DNA from: a virus
Direction: 5' to 3' (one strand)
Virus record (IMG/VR): IMGVR_UViG_3300023184_000093
Location: 9,000 to 72,999 of that record
DNA length: 64,000 nt
The translations under genes and the position numbers were made by a program. The notes under the pieces are model-generated. The model was not told the origin of the DNA and made no database searches. It was given only the letters and a program-made list of their open reading frames with translations. Below, piece after piece: positions 57,731-64,000 of the stretch (the first letter of the stretch is position 1; every line of letters begins with the position of its first letter).

Positions 57731-57749
57731 CTTTTTGGGTAAATTTCCG

Positions 57750-57778
57750 TTGACAAATTGGTAAAACCTTGCTATAAT
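57750..57778 (+). promoter_or_regulatory. Perfect-consensus sigma70 (early) promoter
   Basis: TTGACA-N17-TATAAT with an extended -10 TG. Confidence 0.85.
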
Positions 57779-57807
57779 TATTACTTAACAACACAAAGGA
57801 GTCTGCT

Positions 57808-57954
57808 ATGTATCGCTATAAAGTTTGGGTTCGTTTGAATCCTTATCAAACTGCTAATGTCATTGTTAACGCTGATAATGATTGGCAGGCCAAAATGATT
57901 GCCGAGGCACAATATGGTCAAGGCATGGTTCTAAATTATATGCGAGAAGATTGA
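57808..57954 (+). CDS. Small early protein (48 aa)
   Basis: Read manually: MYRYKVWVRLNPYQTANVIVNADNDWQAKMIAEAQYGQGMVLNYMRED. It has an AAGGAG RBS, its own promoter and a terminator. Confidence 0.75.
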   Translation: MYRYKVWVRLNPYQTANVIVNADNDWQAKMIAEAQYGQGMVLNYMRED

Positions 57955-57972
57955 TACTTTAATCTCAGATCC

Positions 57973-57997
57973 AAAACCCGCTAAAGCGGGTTTTCTT
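57973..57997. terminator. Bidirectional intrinsic terminator
   Basis: AAAACCCGC-TAAA-GCGGGTTTT. Confidence 0.85.
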
Positions 57998-58066
57998 ATT
58001 TGTAATCTGCTAGTTTAATAATAGTAAAATTTTCCGTAAATAGGTATATAACGGGGGTTATATACA

Positions 58067-59374
58067 ATGTTTAAGAAAGTTCTTTTATGGTTCACAGCCA
58101 TGTTTTTTATGTGTATGGTATGGGCACAGACAACCACATCAACATTAATTAATCAAAATTCTAGTCTGGGTACAACTGGTTATGGGACAACTACACTAGT
58201 TGATACTAACAGTAATTCTAATAGTACCAGCACAGTTAATACCAACAATGTTAATAGTGGTACAATAACCAATATTAATCAAACTACTGTTGGCAGTACA
58301 AGTGTTAATACAAATAATAACAACAATGTTAATAGTGGTACAATGACCAATAATAACAACAATGTTAATAGTGGCACAATGACCAATAATAACAACAATG
58401 TTAATAGTGGCACAATGACCTATAACAATAATAATGTTAATACCGGTACAATGACAAATATTAATCAGAATACTAATGCTAGCACCAACGTTAATACTAA
58501 TAATAATAATAATGTTAATACCGGTACAATGACCAACATTAATCAAAACACTAGTGCTAATACCAATGTTAATACCAACAACAATATTAATAGTGGCACG
58601 ATGACCAACATTAATCAAAATTCAAATACCAGTAGTGCTACTAATGTTAATACCAATAATAACAACAATGTTAATAGTGGCACAATGACTAATAATAATA
58701 ACAATGTTAATGCTAATACTAGTACTTCTACCAATGTTAACACAAACAATAATGTTAATAGTGGTACTATGACTAATAACAACAATAATGTTAATAGTGG
58801 TACAATGAATAATGTTAACACTAATACGTCAACCAGTGAAAATAAAAATACTAACGAAAATAAAAGCACTAGTGAAAATAAAAATGTTAATCAAAACAAC
58901 AACGTCAATAGCGGAGATATGACAAATCGTAATATCAACACTACTGAGATTACACAGCGTATTATTCAACCACCTCCAACCGCAGTTGCTCCAACAATGA
59001 TGAGTGGCGGTAATGCTGACCTATGTAGTACTGGTACAAGCGGCAGCGTACAAACTCAAATATTTGGTGTAAGCAGCGGTGGCACAGTACGTGATATGAA
59101 TTGCGAACGACTAAAACTAAGCAAAACATTATATGATATGGGTATGAAAGTAGCAGCAGTTGCTACCATGTGCCAAGACCGTAGAGTGTTTGATGCTATG
59201 TTGGCTGCAGGAACACCTTGCCCGTATGATGGCAAAATTGGTGAAGCGGCCCGTGCAGCATGGGATGAAAATAAAGATCGTATTCCTAAAATGGATGAGG
59301 TAAAAATAGATGACACTTATCAGAAAGTGGGCATTGGCGCTTTGCTTGGTGCTCTTGTGTTCAAACTATTCTAA
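58067..59374 (+). CDS. Secreted/membrane protein with Asn-rich repeats and a Cys-rich C-terminal domain
   Basis: Signal peptide; NNNNVNSGTMT repeats; 'DLC..DMNCERLKLSK.LYDMGMKVAAVA.MCQD..GTPCP'; C-terminal hydrophobic tail. Confidence 0.8.
   Translation: MFKKVLLWFTAMFFMCMVWAQTTTSTLINQNSSLGTTGYGTTTLVDTNSNSNSTSTVNTNNVNSGTITNINQTTVGSTSVNTNNNNNVNSGTMTNNNNNVNSGTMTNNNNNVNSGTMTYNNNNVNTGTMTNINQNTNASTNVNTNNNNNVNTGTMTNINQNTSANTNVNTNNNINSGTMTNINQNSNTSSATNVNTNNNNNVNSGTMTNNNNNVNANTSTSTNVNTNNNVNSGTMTNNNNNVNSGTMNNVNTNTSTSENKNTNENKSTSENKNVNQNNNVNSGDMTNRNINTTEITQRIIQPPPTAVAPTMMSGGNADLCSTGTSGSVQTQIFGVSSGGTVRDMNCERLKLSKTLYDMGMKVAAVATMCQDRRVFDAMLAAGTPCPYDGKIGEAARAAWDENKDRIPKMDEVKIDDTYQKVGIGALLGALVFKLF
58200..58945 (+). 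repeat. Coding ~33-bp tandem repeats (AACAATGTTAATAGTGGYACAATGACC...)
   Basis: Directly visible in the DNA. Confidence 0.9.
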
Positions 59375-61634
59375 TGCTCAAGTAGATCCAGTTACCGGTA
59401 ATTTAATAAATTCCGGTACCGCCCCTACGGATACGACCAGCATTTGGAACAACGGCGTCTATGTTAATCAAATATGCTTCCAGGCTGGCCAGCCGGGCAA
59501 CTGCGGTCCTAGACCCAGTGTTCGTGCGGCATCGGGCGATATAAATTTCTCATACGGTCAGACAGACTTAAATCAAATCATTAACATTAATCGAGCACTA
59601 GCTGCTGGTGGTACAGGTGTGCAACTCAGTGGATTCAACTTTGGCTTTCGTGCTAAAAACGGCAATGGCTGGGATGATGGTAGACAAGATTACTTAGATG
59701 CATATGTCAAGTTTTACAATGCCGGTGGTGGTGTTGCTGCTACATATGATTACGCAAGTCATACCAATGCCAAATATAATTGGACTAATTTTAATTTTAG
59801 TGAAACGTTTGCTAACCCAATTGCTGCCACAAATTATAGCCATGCACAGGTAGGTTTCATCGGTAAGGACAACAACTATTGGGCAGGTAACTATGGTCCT
59901 GAAATTACCAACGTTAGTTTTAGTTTAAAGTACCGAGTCGATCCTTGCAGTACCAATCCAGCATATGCTCCAAACTGTGCAGGATTTAAAGATGTGGTTA
60001 CTAGTGGTAATTTATTACCTGATCCAAGTGCGATATCCAATGGCAATATAGTTTATAATTCATTTGCAGTCAATACTGCACTAAAAAATTCTGGAGCAGG
60101 AGTAGAAGTATATGGTTTTAACTATGGTTATAATTATAGTTTAGGTAACGGAACTTACGGATGTACCGCTACAAATAGTGACGGATCGTGTAGTTGGTAT
60201 ATGACCACTAATCCAACTGCTCAGGTAAGAGTACGATTAACAGATAACAACAACGATGTAGTCTATTCTGCTATTCAAAGTAGGAGTACTCCTAATACTG
60301 CCGAAAATGTTTCGTATCAGTTTTTACTTCCTAAAACAACAAACTCAATGTCATTAGGTAATTTTACACTTGGTGCGTTAACATCAGGTAATGCGGCAAT
60401 TCAAAATATGTATGCTAATGCATTATACAAACCCGATCCTTGTGTTGATCCATTGTACAGTTCGAGTTGTCCTGGATACGGTGCTGCATACGCCGCAAAT
60501 ATGAGTAAGACCAAAAGTTCCGCCGCATCTAGTTCGGCCATGGGTCTTGTAGTTGTTGCTCAACAAGAAGCTGCAATATCAAGTACACCTGTTACTAATG
60601 TAGGTGGTGCTCAATTATCTTCAACAGGTAATATTAGTGCTCCAGATAATATTCCACAGGCCTTGAAAGATATACAAGCAGTAACACAGCAATCACAAGC
60701 ATTGGCACCACAGGCAAATAATGCACAGCAACAGCAATCAAATAAGTCCTCACCAAACATGAGTTTGATTATGAGTTTGATTGGACAGATACAAGCAGCA
60801 GATAAAGCCACTCAAGCAGCCGCGGTACAAAACGCACAACAAGTAGCGGCAACATCAGCAGCTAAGGCACAAGAACAAGCAATGGCCACAATAGATGTAT
60901 TAAACACAATGAGTGCTGCCAGTAGTCAAGCAGCACAAGATCGTGTTATGCAATCATCCCAGGTTTCTATTTCAATGCCACAGCAATCTACAGCAGTAAT
61001 ATTGGTACCAATGCAGGGTCCTACGGTAACATCATTACAAAGTTTAATGACAATGTCAGCACAGTCTGTAAGTTCAGTTGCTAGTACAACACCAGTTGAA
61101 CAAACATATCAACCTGTAGTTAATAACCCATCTATATTTTCAATGGCTGCTGCCTATTCGACAAGTAAGAATCAAATGCCTACATACAATGAACAACAAT
61201 TAAGTTCTGTATTGTCTATACAACAATCAGTTGCAGAAACAGCACCAGTACAATTTGCCAAAATAGAAAGTAGATCATTAGATACCGAAACACCTGCAAT
61301 ACCAGTAATGAATTCAATGACCCGCGGCACATCAGTTACTGAGATAGCAGAAGTACGTGCCAGTATAGAAACCGTACAAAATGAACAACAATCCGAAACA
61401 GTTAAAAAGAATGTACAACCTAATGAACTTGCAGGTGGTGTAGATATTGCAGCAATGGCCACGCAACCAAAAGGTTTTGATGTATATGCAACAACCATAT
61501 TAAAGGATGGTGCATTTTATGCACCCAAAGATATATATGGTAATCAAAAGACCGTCGATAACGCTCGTGCGTTACGATCATTAAGCAGCGACAGGTTACA
61601 TCAAGAAATGATAGACCTACAATACAGGAGATAA
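59310..61634 (+). CDS. Large secreted protein with Cys-containing modules and a Gln/Ser/Ala-rich stalk
   Basis: Signal peptide; two beta-rich modules, each ending 'DPC..P.Y..(N/S)C.G'; C-terminal 'D.LHQEMI..QY'. Confidence 0.8.
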   Translation: MTLIRKWALALCLVLLCSNYSNAQVDPVTGNLINSGTAPTDTTSIWNNGVYVNQICFQAGQPGNCGPRPSVRAASGDINFSYGQTDLNQIININRALAAGGTGVQLSGFNFGFRAKNGNGWDDGRQDYLDAYVKFYNAGGGVAATYDYASHTNAKYNWTNFNFSETFANPIAATNYSHAQVGFIGKDNNYWAGNYGPEITNVSFSLKYRVDPCSTNPAYAPNCAGFKDVVTSGNLLPDPSAISNGNIVYNSFAVNTALKNSGAGVEVYGFNYGYNYSLGNGTYGCTATNSDGSCSWYMTTNPTAQVRVRLTDNNNDVVYSAIQSRSTPNTAENVSYQFLLPKTTNSMSLGNFTLGALTSGNAAIQNMYANALYKPDPCVDPLYSSSCPGYGAAYAANMSKTKSSAASSSAMGLVVVAQQEAAISSTPVTNVGGAQLSSTGNISAPDNIPQALKDIQAVTQQSQALAPQANNAQQQQSNKSSPNMSLIMSLIGQIQAADKATQAAAVQNAQQVAATSAAKAQEQAMATIDVLNTMSAASSQAAQDRVMQSSQVSISMPQQSTAVILVPMQGPTVTSLQSLMTMSAQSVSSVASTTPVEQTYQPVVNNPSIFSMAAAYSTSKNQMPTYNEQQLSSVLSIQQSVAETAPVQFAKIESRSLDTETPAIPVMNSMTRGTSVTEIAEVRASIETVQNEQQSETVKKNVQPNELAGGVDIAAMATQPKGFDVYATTILKDGAFYAPKDIYGNQKTVDNARALRSLSSDRLHQEMIDLQYRR

Positions 61635-61636
61635 AA

Positions 61637-62278
61637 ATGACAGAAGAAATTAAAGACGTCAACGCTAAGATTGACGAGGCCGAAGCAGCAGTAAAGCAGT
61701 ATGCCAGCAAAGATACTGTAATTAGTATTGGCGGATATGAATTTACTCCGGCTAAACTAATGGTAGCATTTACATTGGTATCATCTATACTAGGTGGACT
61801 TTATGGAGCCTTTGAAGTTTATAAAGACTATGTGGGTATGAAGAAAAAGATATCCGAATATTCAGCACCAGATTTAACTGAGTTCGATAAAAGAATATCC
61901 ATACTTGACCAAAAGATTAAGAAGGCCGAAGATTCAGTTACTGAGGCAAATGGATACACTCGTGATATTAAAAATGACTTAAAAAGCGATTTACGTAGAA
62001 ACGAATCAGTCACCGAGCAAGTTGAACGTTTTGTTAAAGCAGCACAGCGTGATTCCGAAGGTGAAATGCGTGAGATGCGTAAAGGTGTTAGAGAAGATTT
62101 GGACAAAGCCCGAGCAGAAGCTAATGCTGTCCGAACTGAAATGGCACAAGCACGTAGAGAAATTAGTGCCGAAACACAGGCATTAAAGAAAGAAGTTACC
62201 AAAGATGTGGAAACTTTGAAAAAGGAAATAGATCAAAAGATACAAAAAGCCATTGACAATCCGTTAGCAAACAAGTAA
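61637..62278 (+). CDS. Single-pass membrane coiled-coil protein
   Basis: TM segment 'LMVAFTLVSSILGGLYGAF', a long coiled coil and C-terminal 'AIDNPLA'; AGGAG RBS. Confidence 0.8.
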   Translation: MTEEIKDVNAKIDEAEAAVKQYASKDTVISIGGYEFTPAKLMVAFTLVSSILGGLYGAFEVYKDYVGMKKKISEYSAPDLTEFDKRISILDQKIKKAEDSVTEANGYTRDIKNDLKSDLRRNESVTEQVERFVKAAQRDSEGEMREMRKGVREDLDKARAEANAVRTEMAQARREISAETQALKKEVTKDVETLKKEIDQKIQKAIDNPLANK

Positions 62279-62333
62279 AATTGTGTCAACACGTCGGTGT
62301 TCTAAGGCGTTAAATAACTAACAGGAGATAGAA

Positions 62334-62657
62334 ATGAAAAAACTTTTATTGGTAATTAGTTTGTTGGTTGCTACTACAGCAAACGCTCAATGGAATCACT
62401 ACCACCGTCCTATTGAAAATCGGACTGTAATTGTTGAACGAAATGATCGCAATGAATGGATAGCACCATTGATAATTGGTACTATTGCAGGAGCAGTCAT
62501 TGCAAATGCAAATCAACCTATCGTACAACAACAGCCGGTTATTGTACAACAACAGCCGGTTATTGTACAACAACCACAAACAGTATGTTATGGTTGGAAG
62601 GAAATTCAAACATCCGATGGTGCAATTTATCGAGAGCGTAATTGCTACCTTCGTTAG
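62334..62657 (+). CDS. Small secreted protein with a glycine-zipper-like helix and QQPVIV repeats
   Basis: Signal peptide; 'WIAPLIIGTIAGAVIA'; tandem VQQQPVI repeats; terminal Cys pair. Confidence 0.75.
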   Translation: MKKLLLVISLLVATTANAQWNHYHRPIENRTVIVERNDRNEWIAPLIIGTIAGAVIANANQPIVQQQPVIVQQQPVIVQQPQTVCYGWKEIQTSDGAIYRERNCYLR

Positions 62658-62668
62658 TTTTATAACGT

Positions 62669-63604
62669 ATGACATTACCCGCATCTGGTCCACTATCAAT
62701 GTCGCAGGTCAATTCTGAACTTGCACTTGTATCTACGACTCAACTTTCTTTTAGCCAAACAGTATTACGAACACTTGCCGGAGTATTATCGGGTGATATT
62801 TCGATGAGTAGTTTGCGAGGTAAATCCAATCGTAAGTCTATTTCACTTACTGTGAATGCGTCAACTAATGAATATAACGTTTATAGTTCTGCTAGTGCTA
62901 CTGGCAATTATGTAGCAGGTACTAGCGACATAGTACTTACTATAGGCGTTGGAGTCTATATTTCTAGTTCTTCTGAAGCTGCACCTGCTCTTACTGTGTC
63001 AGGCTTTTCAACTGGTGATACAGTAACTATAAACAATTATGGTCAAATCTATGGTCACGGTGGCAGGGGTGGCTCGGGCGGCACACTATATGTTAGTGTT
63101 AGTTCTGTCGGTTTTCAAGGCGGTACAGCTATCTCACTAAATTTTGCTACCACTATAAACAATCAAGGAGCAATTGCCGGTGGTGGTGGCGGTGGGGGCG
63201 GTGGGTCGCTTAAAACCTACACCACGCTTGCGAAACCCTCCGGCACCTATTACATTGGCGGTGGTGGTGGTGGTGGTGGTGGTGGAAGCATATACGGCAG
63301 TACCGGTGGCGCTGGCGGTAGTTTTGGGTACAGCACATATGGTGGTACTGCTGGTACTGCTGGTGTTGCCGGAACATATCTTTTCGGTGGTGGGCGCGGT
63401 GCCGGTGGATCATACGGCGGTATCCTTGGATTGGATGGAGGTGCTGGAGGTGATTTAGGAGCCGCTGGTACCAAAGCCCAAGACGATCCGGGCTATGGTG
63501 GTACGATTGCCGGTGCTGCTGGCGGTGCTGCTGGATACTACATCAGTGGGGGTTCTTATGCTACATGGGCTGCAACCGGGACTCGTCTTGGACTTGCTGG
63601 TTAA
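62669..63604 (+). CDS. Glycine-rich tail-fibre adhesin-like protein (gp38-like architecture)
   Basis: 'MTLPASGPLSMSQVNSEL' N-terminus; 'INNYGQIYGHGGRGG..NNQGAIAGGGGGGG' poly-Gly motifs; 'GTRLG' end. Confidence 0.7.
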   Translation: MTLPASGPLSMSQVNSELALVSTTQLSFSQTVLRTLAGVLSGDISMSSLRGKSNRKSISLTVNASTNEYNVYSSASATGNYVAGTSDIVLTIGVGVYISSSSEAAPALTVSGFSTGDTVTINNYGQIYGHGGRGGSGGTLYVSVSSVGFQGGTAISLNFATTINNQGAIAGGGGGGGGGSLKTYTTLAKPSGTYYIGGGGGGGGGGSIYGSTGGAGGSFGYSTYGGTAGTAGVAGTYLFGGGRGAGGSYGGILGLDGGAGGDLGAAGTKAQDDPGYGGTIAGAAGGAAGYYISGGSYATWAATGTRLGLAG

Positions 63605-63622
63605 AAATTAGGATTTAAAATT

Positions 63623-63913
63623 ATGACAATTAGTTACAAATATACAATTACTTCAGTTGATGAAGCTACAAAAACTATGGAAATTAGCTTTGAAGCTGAA
63701 GGATATCCAACAATGATGGCCAGCGGTCGATTACCATACAATGGAGAAACAATAGAAGCTGTGGTTTCTATGTATTCTCCAGTTAGAATTTGGGAAGATA
63801 TGACAAAAACACATGTTGTACCAACGGTAGGTACTAGTGGTACAATAGTTCCAATACAGTACGTACCACCACCAGATCCTGTTATAGTAACAGTTCCAGT
63901 TCAAGAGGTTTAA
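63623..63913 (+). CDS. Hypothetical phage protein
   Basis: 96 aa with AGGA RBS. Confidence 0.7.
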   Translation: MTISYKYTITSVDEATKTMEISFEAEGYPTMMASGRLPYNGETIEAVVSMYSPVRIWEDMTKTHVVPTVGTSGTIVPIQYVPPPDPVIVTVPVQEV

Positions 63914-63915
63914 TC

Positions 63916-64000
63916 ATGGCAGTAGAAAAATCAGAATATAAAGTGTTTGGAAAAACACTTCATAGAAATACATATAAAGCAGGTGACACATATCAATATG
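63916..64000 (+). CDS. Hypothetical protein, 3'-truncated by the window edge
   Basis: GAGG RBS; the open frame MAVEKSEYKVFGKTLHRNTYKAGDTYQY runs off the end. Confidence 0.55.
   Translation, partial: MAVEKSEYKVFGKTLHRNTYKAGDTYQY

Noticed and set aside
58200-58945. Possible CRISPR array (~33-bp periodicity)
   Set aside because: Degenerate coding repeats without a repeat-spacer alternation. The Cas4-like gene at 47350 is a common stand-alone phage exonuclease.
1-64000. Stop-codon reassignment, as in some large phages
   Set aside because: Genes are full-length under the standard code, and TAA, TGA and TAG all occur as genuine stops.

Overview
This AT-rich 64-kb window looks like a fragment of a large T4-like/jumbo tailed dsDNA phage genome, read with the standard code and mostly on the + strand. 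Bases 1-35.5 kb hold a cluster of fibre/adhesin-type structural genes: a collagen-like fibre, Gly-rich proteins, and 1770-aa and 5610-aa LamG/ConA-repeat proteins. Next come a four-domain glycosyltransferase/methyltransferase, a secreted non-specific nuclease and an HNH endonuclease. A minus-strand operon of small, possibly PHA-granule-related proteins follows, then head-associated proteins, a Cas4-like exonuclease, a methyltransferase, a beta-helix tail protein and nrdA/nrdB with a GIY-YIG-like endonuclease. The window ends with glutaredoxin, a PAAR-amidase fusion and an operon of secreted/membrane proteins. TAAATA late-promoter-like motifs precede many genes, and several near-consensus sigma70 promoters are present. 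Four observations stand out. (1) Two unrelated free-standing endonucleases share a ~70-nt double-hairpin leader bracketed by convergent TAAATA motifs, suggesting a cis-antisense sRNA control cassette. (2) Whole domains are nested inside other domains in the giant fibre proteins. (3) There are two candidate structured ncRNAs. (4) A phasin-like mini-operon has a PhaR-box-like site upstream. All family assignments come from motif recognition by eye; no searches were run.
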